This document shows positions 25,002 to 37,281 of a DNA stretch of 64,000 nucleotides, piece by piece. Each line of letters begins with the position of its first letter. Position 1 is the stretch's first letter. The stretch is taken from assembly GCA_050084985.1 (NCBI GenBank), contig JBITNC010000001.1, positions 121,272,001-121,336,000 of the forward strand, read 5' to 3'. This DNA is from Nageia nagi. Taxonomy: Eukaryota; Plantae; Pinophyta. The notes beneath the pieces are model-generated. The model did no database searches. It saw only the letters and a program-made list of their open reading frames with translations, and was not told the DNA's origin. The translations under genes and the position numbers were made by a program.

Positions 25002-28000
25002 GATTGAATACCTACCCTAGCATTATGAGTTTCAATATAATTTTGTTCCTTAGGGGAAGCATGGGCTTGGAGGTACCAAGCATTGAACAATGGTAGACAA
25101 GGGTGAATATTTGAGAACTATAAGATGGATCTTAGTTTGTTGTAGGGTATGCTACCAATATGTGTTCAAGTTACTTGTCTTTTGAAAATATGATTATTTC
25201 TTTCTAGCCAAAGATTCCATAAGATCATTACAAGGGTGACATTACAAATAATTAGTGGTACTTTTTTATTCTTTGAATATATCCAAGTTTGAAAGAGGCT
25301 CCCCATGTTGTTGGTTTGAACTTAGTAGAGAAAAAAGGTGTCAAATAATCTACTCCATATTGCTACAATAAAGGGGAAATGGAGGAGGAGATGAGGCCTA
25401 GAATCCTCAACATATATGAGGCCAACTCATAGGCTTAAAAACCAGATTCATTGAACAATTATTTGGACTAGATCAGCAATTAATTGATGAATCTAAAATT
25501 AATTGGGTAAAAAATGAAGTACAAAAAAAAATAAAAAAAAATAATTATATACAGTTTTTATAATAACTGAAAGTCTAGGTTCTTTTTTAGCAATAATTGC
25601 TCAAAAAGTTTTTAAAAATGTTATGAAATTTTAACATCATATTTTATGATATGTTTTTGTAAATTCAAGAGAATGCTTCATAATAGTGGAGGGTTAGGAT
25701 TTGATCGGCTACAAGAACATGGTTTCATTCCAAGCATATTCTTGTTATATGTAAGTTAACCATATTTTGGAGTGAATAATCAAAATCTTGGAAGTGATAA
25801 GTAATTACCAATTTTTTCATATAAACACTACATTTTTTATCTATGGAACAAATGTGATTATATAACTATTCTCTAAAGAGGAATTTATCATGAACCATAG
25901 TATAGAGGAAGAACTAGGCCCTAGGCCAAGCCTTAATTTCCAAATGTTATTCTAGATAAAAGGGACCAAAAACATAAATCATAATTTGAAAATTGTCTAT
26001 AGGCTATTTTTACTGAGTAGCTACCTGAAGGAGTGGTATACCAAGTGATCTTAACTACCCTATTAGGTTTAAGTTGATAGGTGAGGAACATTGACATTAG
26101 ATAGCTTCTCTCTACACTATTATCAGGTAACTTTCCTTCCATTCTACATCACTATGGTAAACTTATGCCATTTAGGTTTATCCAATCATAGTAGATGCAA
26201 ACTTGTTCTCTCCATGAGGAACAAAAATATTTGTATAACTCCTAATTCATCTAGACTAGATAGGGGGTAGGGTGTAAGCCATGCATCAACCAAAAAATGA
26301 ACATTCTACCCTATGCATACATCCCACTTGAGGAAGCATTGCACAAGATGGTGAATGTTTTTTAGGCTTGCATAAGATGGTGAACATTTTTTAGGCCATT
26401 CTAAATCATGGATCTATATGGAAAACTTTTTGAAGTGAAAATCCTTGTAGGGTCTAGGCTATCAAGATATTTAGACTAAAGTACTTTATCGTAGAGCAAG
26501 AAGGATGAGGATTCATTGTAGCACCTCCAAATGAGATTTCCCAATAAGACTACACTATTTCCCTACTATATTGATACATAAATAAAATAAAGACTATTAA
26601 AGCAATTTTTTTGTAAGGGGTAAAAAAGGAGGATTTTATTAGATCCCATAACTAAGCCAAAAACATTTAAAATATAGTCACCATTACATCCACTTGCCAT
26701 CAATTACATCTAATTGGTGGTTAAAACATCATGAGAAAGCTACTAACAACCATCCAAAAATCAAACTATCACTAGTACAACCTATTTATGATCATAATTA
26801 AACATATCTATGAAAGGGATTTTTTTTATAGGTTGATATCTTTGAAAATAATGGAGGTTACAAGAAACATTATGAGAACACTGTCCCATCTATGCAAGGA
26901 TGTTATTATCTAGTATTTGAAGCAATTTTAGTTACTTATCATTCATAGTGTGGGATAAAATATAAGACTATAGATCTTATGTAGGATTCAATGATTGTAA
27001 GAAAATAATAACTTAGGAGAAAGGAGATTTTATTAGTATACTGAATATTATTTCAACAAAATAAGTTGTTACCCATAATAGAGAACCTTAGTGTCATGAA
27101 ATATGAAGTGGCATTAAATGAACTCCAAAGTACATGTGTAATAAGTATGGTTTATGATGATACAATTAATTATTATCTAATGCTAAAATTTCATTAAATT
27201 AAAAAAATGGATAAAAATTTGAGGTTATTACATCATGTAATATTTAAAAAAATAGGTGTATGAGAATAAAGGATGTAACAAATTATAGGACATATGTAAG
27301 AAAGGATGTACAAGGTAATATGCTACCTAAGATACTTCTATTATACAAGGCCATCAATATAAACCTTGTTTTAGAATAGAAATTGTATTGAGTTCACTCA
27401 TTTGGAGATTTTCTTCTTAAAGAATGTTTATAATATACAAGAGAATGCCTATTTTCATTATTATCATTTTCTATCTTTTACTATGTTTGAATTTAACTTT
27501 TTACAATCTTTTATTTATGGTGCTCTATTATTATATTTTTTAACTAGCTTCATATTTTATGCTAAAATCTTATTCATAGTTGATTTCTTAGTGTCTATAG
27601 AGGTCTATATAAAATCCTTCTAAGTTAAATAAATCATTCACAAATTCAAGCCCTTTAAATCTTTTAATGGTTTTGGAATTGATATCATTCCAATTTATAA
27701 TACCTTAAGAAGGTAAGAAGTTGTAATGGGTATGTATATAATTAGTACTCATAGAATTGGATTACAAAATTTGTTTATTCTTTAAATCATAATCCATTCT
27801 CAACTATTGTATATGTTTACTTTAGTTATGAAAGATCATAAAAGTACTAGTTTAGTGGGAAGGCCTTCTACAATAAGATACCACATGGGAATAACTACAA
27901 TACCATTAATAATAGTTTCCCAACTTCAAGCATTAAACATAAGTATTACTATCTTTATATTAAATAACTATTTTTACAACTATATGAAATACCTTATGTA

Positions 28001-28429
28001 CAAGGAGAAAATAATACAACATTATACAATAAAACATAAAATACAACGATATGGAATGACTTTGGACTAGCATTATGTAACGTTTTTCTCAAAAATATAT
28101 GAAAAAGAAAGAGACAAACAAAGGAAAGAAAATGACCAACGAAACTCTTTAATGCAAGTAAAAGGAAACAACAAATAAACAAAAGAAAATAGACATCAAA
28201 TAATCAAAACAATACATGTAACAAGTTACATATAATGATAAGAAAAACTATATAAGTGAACAAAATACATGAATGAAAAAAAATGTAAAAAACAATATGA
28301 TGTAAGTAAGAAATTAAAAAATATGTATAATAAAAGAATATAAAATGTATCATTTTTGTTTTTATTTTTATTTTTTGTTTTTATATGTACAATTAAGAAA
28401 GAGGCCTAAGTTAGTGATCAAGATCTTGA

Positions 28430-30600
28430 TACAGATTGACCTTCAAATAGAAAAATATCAGCATGAAGAATGGGATGGGTGATGGCCAAGGTGAAAATGC
28501 TCTAACATATTATAGAAGATGAAGATGGAAGGGGATATATGAATATACACAAATTAATGAAGAAAAAGAATGGTGAGATAATGGATATAGTATGGAAGAT
28601 GAAATTCTTCTAGTGTGATATGGAATATGAGTGAGTGATACATGAATATGATGGGATTCTTATTGAGGAGAGAAGATAGATAAAGAATATGAATCAAGAA
28701 TGGAATGAGGTCCCACAATTTGAAGATGATCAAAGAAAGATACATCTAAAAGAAATGAATGAAGACCTCCCTTAATCCCAAGAGGGTCGAAAGATTGAGT
28801 AAGATAAAGAGGATATGATAAGAGATGACATAAGACAAGGATGAAAATATGATGGATTGGATAAATTTTATAAGTGACACTATAAGATATAAGTAATATT
28901 CATTCATAAGGGCATACAATATGCATGAAAAACCATAGGTTTGAATAAGGAATGGTGATGATCTTGACATGTGGTCCTAACGGTGCTAATAAGATGTGAT
29001 GTACCCCTAAAGTGAGATATCATTCTTTTTTATACCCCAACAAGGAGGTGTTAATGATCATCGATGCCAAAGTGATTGAGATATTATTGTGCCAAATTGG
29101 ATATTTGTACTTTTCAAGTACAATTATGATGAGGAATGATGGATGTTAGAACATGAGACAATTAGAGATAAATGATGAAGATTGGGTGGTTAGGATGGAA
29201 TTTCCATTTAGTATGGGTAATATAGAGTATGCATAAGAATGATGTGAAGTTTATGAATGTGATGAAGAATCATACCTAGGAGAAAGAAAAAGGAGAGTTT
29301 GTTTGATAGAAGATGGAGGAAGACGATGACATAGCCTAGAAGGTGTAGGCCAAGATAAGATGTCAAGAGGGGTATTTGATGTACTAAGAGTGAGAATCCA
29401 TTCCTAAAGTAGAGAGGAGGACAATGTATAATATAGAATGAATATAAATGAAAAGATAGAAGTGAATATATCATCAAGAAGGAAATGAGGTATAAGTGGC
29501 TCCTCAAGAGGAGAGGTAGGCAAGGGAAGATACCCAAGAGGGTAAATGGTAATGAAGGTGATATCTTGGATATGAGGGTGGGTGCTAAAGATAGAAGTTG
29601 TTTCCTAATGAATAGAGGAGAAGACAAGGAGATGATACGAAGCTCTCTATAAATGTATATGATAGGGAGGTTCTATGACATTAGGATGGCAATATAGGTG
29701 AGGGGGTTAGTTTGGCTTTTATGGTCATGAACATAAAATTCACATGGGTGGATGATGTAGGAAGAGTCCTTATAGGATGATTATGGGATACTAAAGGTGG
29801 ATTATATTAAGGAGGAAGAGAATATTGATGAAAGGAGGAAGATGGAGGTACAAAAGAAGATTGTTGAAAAAGAGAGGAAAATTGAGAAAAGTGATAAGAT
29901 ATGAGATTTGACGATGTGGAATGTTGAATACAAAAAGGAGATGGAGTATAATAAAAATTCCATGTCAATTAGGCATAACATTATGTCATGTTGTTGTGAT
30001 GGGGTTTGATAGCCAACTTGCACTTGGTAAGTTTGTTTTAGTTAGGGTGAGGTTTTGTCACCAACTTGCACTTGGTAATTTGGTTGAGGTTGAGGTTTTG
30101 AGTGAAGTGAATGTGTGGGTGTGGATATAAGGGAAGAGTGGGATTCATGATCCTAATTTTCATAAAGTACCTTATAAGTAGGCATAGAAGAAAGGTGAAA
30201 TGGTCACTCCACTTCAAGTTAAGTGATGCATTCATAGATTAATTTCTTCATAAAAGGATCTAATAAGAATCACTAAGAAGTTGCAAGAGTTAGATGAGGG
30301 AGATGTGAGGAATATGATAAATACATTGATGATGATGATATATATGAGAGAGGGGAAAATGGTAAAGGTGAATAAGATGGTGTATAAGAAGAATAGGAAA
30401 ATGGTAAAGGTGATAGAGATAAAGATAAGGGATAGGATGTAGAGGTTGATGTTAAGGGTGGATAAGAATGATATGATGGAGAAGGGGGATATGATGAAGG
30501 AGGATATGATGATATGGATAAGGAGTATAAGTGCATAGAGTTTTGCCATAGATTTGAGGAGGAAGAATATTCAATGCAACTTCGAAGGAAAAAAAGTAGC
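28430..30600 (+). pseudogene. Very decayed purine-rich coding remnant, probably a retrotransposon extra ORF
   Basis: Strong A/G strand bias, Asp/Glu-codon-rich tail (30290-30570), and the fragment PNKEVLMIIDAKVIEILLC (~29035). No long + strand ORF. Confidence 0.3.
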
Positions 30601-30609
30601 AAAGGCAGT

Positions 30610-31165
30610 TGTAACAACCCTCCCGATGACACTATTTAACCTCGAACACCATCGAGGATGTAAATGGAATAATGCTTGAAATATTACTACATGATGATGA
30701 ATTTTAAGTGGAAATATGTATTATTTTTATCAAGTTGATGTTGGTTTTGAGATTTTATGATGTAGGTAATAGGTTACTTCAAAATGAAAAGAGCGATCGA
30801 AGACCTAAGGAAACAAAGGTGAATTGGTGACAAGAATGGAAGGGTAAGAGTGAGAAAATGATTAGCATTGATTCATTGAAAAATACCAATGACCATCATA
30901 GATAATGTAGCTACATGGTAGAATACTTAGTCAGGAATATCGATGAATGTGTGTGGACTAACAATTTACCCTGCTGAACAAGGTCACCATCACATGTAAA
31001 ATGTGTTATTAACTTCCTACTGTGAATTTTCAAAAGTTAAATTCAAAAGGGAGGACAAAGAATATTCTTTCAAATTTGAATTTCTACTTACAGTTGTTAG
31101 TAAAATAAAGTGAAAATTAAAACAATAAAAGTTAGAAAGGACTAAGGTCATTTTGGGATGTTACA
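30610..31165. repeat. LTR-like segment
   Basis: Terminal inverted repeat TGTAACAACCC...GGGATGTTACA of gypsy style; no TSD and no partner. Confidence 0.4.
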
Positions 31166-32039
31166 CATATTAATGGTTTATAAAAATAATGGAGTTATGA
31201 ACCTACTTATTTTGTTTCCTTGTGTTAGGTATGAACAAAAGTTGACATTAGTTTTTCAATTAATATAAAAGAGGCCCAAACTATTTAATACCACTACACT
31301 CATCAACAACTTTATTAATACCTATCATCAAAAATTATTAAAAGGATAAGTAGACATCCATTTGGATATATTTGAATCTCCTTGGCTATAAGTAAAAGAG
31401 TGGAACATTAGGAAAAGGGGCATATACTATCATTTTATTCTTGTTATTCTCAACTTTGGGTTTTGAATTACGTGGAGAAAAGAAGCCCTCTCTCAAACCA
31501 GGTGTTTTTCTTTTTGATATTGCAATATTGTTTAGCTAAGATAAGGTATTCTTGATATTGCTAGGTATGCTTGAAGGAATAAGTGTTGTTAAAACAAAAA
31601 ATATGAATAGATATCTATGAGGGTAAATGTTAATTTTAATATTATTATTGATAAAAAGACATAATATTACTTTATTGGAAAAATGGCATGTGAATTGTTT
31701 GTACTCTTTTCTTGTTGGAGGGGATCAAGTACTTCAAATTTTATAAAAAAGTTCAATTTGAACACCTTTATTAATTTGGTAGGAAAGAAATATATTTATT
31801 AAATGATAAAACCTTTCTTTGTTTGTGTGTAAAATGAGAACATTTCAATCCTTAATTCGTCATTTTCTTTACGTAAAAATTCTTAGCCTAGTGTATTCTC
31901 CCACGTTTTGCATACTTGCGTATTTGACTACTCACAGCCACAATATTTGAGGCAAAGCTTATTTGGTTTCAACTACTCTTTAATGGACCTCCATAGCCTC
32001 TGCGTACACTCCCTCGCTAGTTCATGATGGGATAAAATG

Positions 32040-33050
32040 AAAAAGGTCGCAAGTTTGATATTGAGTTTTAATATTGCGCCCCTTTTTCAGATAATACATT
32101 TTGTGTATACCCTGTCATCATTGCAGACCATGGAGCTTGTTTAGTCTCCAATAATACCCAAGCCTTGCGTATTCTTCATGCATTCTATCAAACGATCTTC
32201 AGGATTTGTATTGTTTATCATACGATCCCAACCATAGCATTCAACGAGAAATCATTCCCATTTGTTCTTTGAAGGGATTTACATAGCTCTTTCCTATGCC
32301 TTTCATGATGACATGTGCTGGAAGAATGCTGGCGAAGGTTTCAGAGTTTAGCTTTGCTCATGGGCACCACACCCTATCAGAAAACCCATTTTGAGTGTAT
32401 CCTGTTGTCATTGTACCCCATGAAACTTGGTTTACGTTGGAAAAATGTTAATAAAGGTTTCAAAGTTTGGACTTATTAAGAGTGTTGCGCAACGCCTTTT
32501 TAACAATACATTCTGTACGAGTCCTATTATCGTTGCAGTCCATGAAGCTGTATGCATCAGACATATTGTTAAATCTTTCCCAGACCTTGTGTGTTTTCTC
32601 TATATTTTTATAGAAATGACTTTTGAGGAACCCACGACTACACCATTTGATGAAAAACCATTCTCAACTACTCTTGTTGAATTTCCTTACCTCCTCGATC
32701 TCCCACGATGATATGCACTGGAGAGGCTGGTAAAGGTTTCAGAGATTGGCATTCCTCCTGGCATTACGCCCTTTTAAAACACCCATTGCGTGCGTATCCT
32801 GTTAAGAATGCAATCCATGAAACCATGCTCGCCTCATGCACATTGTCAAACGATTTCTAGACCTTATTTATTCCACATGATTCTGATTACAATCACAATA
32901 TTCGATGAGAAACCATTTTGAACTACTCTTTGATGTGTTTCCATACCTCCTTCATGGCATATGCTGGAAAACCGTTTGCAAATGTTTTCAGAGTCTGGCT
33001 CTATTCCTGTGCCCCTCTTAGTCTTTCATTAGAAGAATCTCTACGCCTCT
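32040..33050 (-). pseudogene. PLS-class PPR repeat relic
   Basis: Minus-strand fragments GTGIEPDSE, HQRVVQNGFSSNIVI, VSWIAFLTGYARNG, RVVENGFSSNGVV, SWTATIIGLVQN, VSWGTMTTGYTQNG, NSETFASILPA and WSAMMTGYTQN. Frames are broken by indels. Confidence 0.88.
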
Positions 33051-35599
33051 TTTTACACTCATTTGACTATGTTTGGTGTAGGTTACAAAATCTTTAGCAT
33101 ATGAATTGGAATTCAATGCGATTATAATGGGAATATTGTTTAAAATTAATTATACATCATTAGAATTATGATTTTAGTGTAATTTGGTCTTATCATGTCT
33201 CTATTAGATTTGAAATAGACATGATAGATGGTATGGCTGGAGGAGAAATTAATTTCTTCAAATCCTTTTATAAATATCGAACATTATATGCTAATAAAAT
33301 TATAGTTTGGATTGAATATTATGAATATGATTAATTTCCAATTTTAAATAAAATTTATATGTCAACTAAGATAGATAGTAAGATTGTACAATCAAAATGT
33401 AGTTAATTCTTGAGTATGATGCATCTTTAGCATTCATATCAATCTTGATTAAAGGGTATACAAGATTTATTAGAACTTGTGTGATGAAATATTCATTTGA
33501 TGAGAATAAGTATTATGAATTATTAAATATATTACAAATTAAATATGGACAACATCTAATATGAAGTAATTATGACAAGGATGCATATATGTTGATTTGA
33601 GCTTACCATGTGACTAAGGAAGGGAGGTAGTCCTAGAAAAAACTTAAAACCTCCTGAGGTTTGTATACTAATTCTAAAGAAATGAAATGTCATAAATCAT
33701 TTGCATCATGGTCAAATATAGAAGTGGGGTTGTCCTAATCCTTAAACCTCTCTTCCTAGTACTAGATCCTATCTCCTTGATCCTCGAAAGAAGCTCAAAC
33801 ATGAAGAATAACCTACATCAAGAGACAAGATGCATCAAAGATCCCTTTAGATCATTTTGATGTATCTACCATATTTAAATTTTTAAGGGACCCTCTAGTA
33901 AATGTTAAGGGTTATCCTCATTTATGTACTTTAATATTATAATTTTTATGGAATTCAAGATGGGTAAGTTTCGATTAAATAAGTATAATCTACTTTTTGG
34001 TATATTTATCTTTAGACCTCTTAAATGCCAAAGTAGGACTTTCCTAATATAATTCATATAAAGGGAAAAAGTATAAATAGTATCTTTATAAATAATACAT
34101 AGAATTTTATTGTAAAAAGATTGTAGCTAAAGATCTTTATATTGCATATCAATTGAAATTCCATTACCCTAGTATGATTTCTAGTTAAAACATAACTCAA
34201 AGGAGAGATTTCAAATGCAAGAGATTTATATTAGTAACTTTATGTAAATATAAGTCAAAGTTTACTTAAATATTTAAGGTTTGACATTATCCTAAGTCTT
34301 GTATATGAGACCTAGAAGTTAACTTAGTAAAATACATAAAAGATAATAGTTTTATAATAAATGTTAGAACATTAGTTGTAAGTTAAGAAGGTGATATTTA
34401 AATAGTATTCAAAATATTCATTAAATTAGTGAGATGTTGTATCATGTGATATCTTAGGGATCTTCGAATCTCACTAGAGGTCGAGATGGAATCAAATTGG
34501 ATTATTTTTAATAGTGAGTTAATTGACAAAAGAAGACCTTGTAATAGTTGATAGTATAGTATTTGTAGAGACTTCAAGACAATGAGGAAGATGATTTGCT
34601 ATGTACTAATGACATATTTTAGGACTATGTTTCCAAATTTTACTACGAAACTATGTTAATTTCTCTTCATGTAATAACTCATGTAAGAAAGGTAGTTTCA
34701 TCTATTGTATGTTTGGATTATATTTAAATATGATGCTTTAGTTAATTAACTATTTCTTCCTTATTAAATGAATTGTTAACTTTGTGATCTAATGGGTTTA
34801 CAATACATTAATGAATGAAGTAGGGAACTAAGATTAGAAAATACCACCTAAGTTACATGACCTTGCATATTAAACCAAAGTGGATTATGATTTTTATTTA
34901 TCTGTAAGTTATAGAGATCAATTAATATTATTTAAATGCCTTTACAATGATCAACAAGAAATAAGAACCATAAATAAATCCATTGTCATCCCAAATATCT
35001 GGAAAAGATTCCAAATTAGTCATGTGGACCCAAATTTATATTTAGAACCATACGGGAAATGTTAGGGACCCTTTAGGAAGAATCAGGATAGTTTGGAGAT
35101 AATACTAATTTGGGATGCTTGGGATTGTCATGGGATCTAAATTGTAAGGTTTATTGAATAAATATTTTTTAAAATAGTGCTATTAAATCCTTATGACATG
35201 ATAAGTACACTTCTCAAACATAAGTGTATGATAGAATATGGTGGGACTTTATTTAGGTAATAATGTTTAATATCTTATTTAACTAAAAACCAAGGCATGA
35301 TCATCAGGAGTATCTACTCATAAGAAAAATACCTAGTGAAAGTAACCTCATACTTATAAAGAAAAGATGACGTCTAAATAAAGTCGATAAGGTATCAATA
35401 CGTAATACATGTGGGATATAAGTCCATAAATAGTAAACCTTGAGAAGTCAACAAATTGATAAATGATATAAAAAAATTGATCCTAAATTTAGGGGTTTTA
35501 GATGGTGAAAGTTTGTGTTGTGTTATAATGGTTATGTGAAGGAATACCTTGGATTAGGGTACGGTGTAATAAAAGGCTATTACTATGAAGGAGATTATA

Positions 35600-35845
35600 A
35601 AATACATATCCTAGTTGAACTTGTGGCTTTGGGGAAGGTTAGGATGTGATGTAAGACTACATCTATGGGGAAGAATACCAAAAGATATATCTTGATTAGA
35701 CCTATGATTACAAGGTAGATTATGATACGAAATAAGACCGCATATATGGAGAAGACTATAAAAAGACATATCATGGTTGAACTTATGATTGTAGGGTAGG
35801 TTATGGTGCAACATAAGACTATGTATATGAGTAAGACTATGGTAG
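35600..35845 (+). repeat. Three degenerate ~81-bp tandem units
   Basis: Recurring CATATC..GTTGAAC.TATG..GGTAG.TTATG..TAAGAC..ATATG..AAGACTAT at ~81-bp spacing. Confidence 0.65.
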
Positions 35846-37237
35846 TATATATGGAATGGTCATGGAATAGGATTGGGAAAGTTGAACTAAAGAAAAAAAA
35901 TAGTTGAGCCACATAGCTAGGATAAAGATAGGGTATGCTTATGTGTATCCCATCGATGAGGGGAATGTCATTGTGAATGCTTGGGAAAACCCAAGTGTAA
36001 AAAGGGATTATGGTGGAGGCAAGGAGAGAACTAAAGTAGAATGGAATAAAAAAGTCTATGATGAAGAATAAGATGAAAATGTAGGAGGCATGAAAGGAGG
36101 AGGTGAAGGATGAGATGGTATGATAAAATTATAAGGTGGGGTAAAAAACATAGTAGTAGAGGATACATGCATGGATATTTTAGGAATACCTATAATAATA
36201 GGTTTTTGAAAGATAAACTACACGAGAGATTCATATACAAACAAAGGATCAAAAGCACCTTGAAAAGTATATGGAGGAGGCTAATATGAAGAATTTTGGA
36301 TAGTAAGTGATATAGAAACCATCTCCATTGGATGTGAAGAGAAGGAAGGAAGATTTGGTAATAATAAAAAACTCCATCTTAGGAAAGAACATCCCCATAT
36401 GGAGAGGGTGATGATCTCCAAGTAACAAGCCCAAAATTAATCATGGGTTAAAAATATACATGAGGGAGATCCTTGATAGGACAAGGGAAATGATATAATA
36501 GTTTCTCCTATGAGGTAATGTATTTGGCGTAAAATTGATGATGAAGGTTGTGTATAGCCTTCATCATGATAATTTCCTTAAACTATGAGGAATGAATGGG
36601 TTTATGTACCTAAAAGGATATTGAATATACTCACAATGAGGAGAAGAAGGAAACATGATTATATAAATATATCACATAAGAAGAATGATTAAGCGAAAGA
36701 TGTATGATCGGTGAAGAAGAAGAGAACATGTAAATCAAGAAGTAAAAGTAAATATAAACTAATCTAAATAAAAATAAATACCAACTAATTAATAAAAAAA
36801 ACAAAAATATACAAAAAATAAAATCTAATTTGAATCAATATACAAAATTGTTTGGTCAAGTCTAGACTATAACAACGATTGCCTAGAAAATTTGTTCAAA
36901 CAGTTTGTAGAAGAAAAATGTATTGGGATGATTTATATAAATTGCAAAAAGTTAGAAAAATCTTAGTCCCATATTGATATGATTTTGAAGATAACTCTCT
37001 ATTCTACTCTGTCTAGAAAATTTTTACTTATTTGATTTATCTCTAAGTACATTAATGATATGCTCAAAAAAATAAGTGATGAAAGTGATATGTATGATGT
37101 GTGATCAAATTGATAATATAGTACTCCTTAATAATTATGGGTGATTGACTCAAGGACCCTTAAAAATATATGTATGATTTGAGGGTCTAGGTTACTCCAA
37201 GAGGATCCCTTAGTACAACTAAGTACTAATAGTAGTG

Positions 37238-37240
<3 letters not shown>

Positions 37241-37277
<37 letters not shown>
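37241..37277. repeat. (AC)n microsatellite
   Basis: About 18 perfect AC units. Confidence 0.98.

Positions 37278-37281
<4 letters not shown>

Noticed and set aside
18850-27200. Sequence flanking the 19325-25001 element as a SWIM/Mutator transposase or host-gene relic
   Set aside because: Coding-like fragments (e.g. GNFPS near 26125) are too short and broken to assign without a translated search.
28554-30632. Many Leu/Ile/Phe/Ser-rich minus-strand ORFs as membrane proteins
   Set aside because: Artefacts of reading the antisense of a purine-rich decayed sequence; the same applies to 35595-35912 and 62688-62960.
33191-33226. 10-bp inverted repeat TATCATGTCT...AGACATGATA as a miRNA precursor or Helitron end
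   Set aside because: The stem is too short for a pre-miRNA, it is AT-rich, and no CTRR terminus follows.
33600-35150. Possible gypsy gag/protease remnant
   Set aside because: Only a vague resemblance; no diagnostic motif survives.
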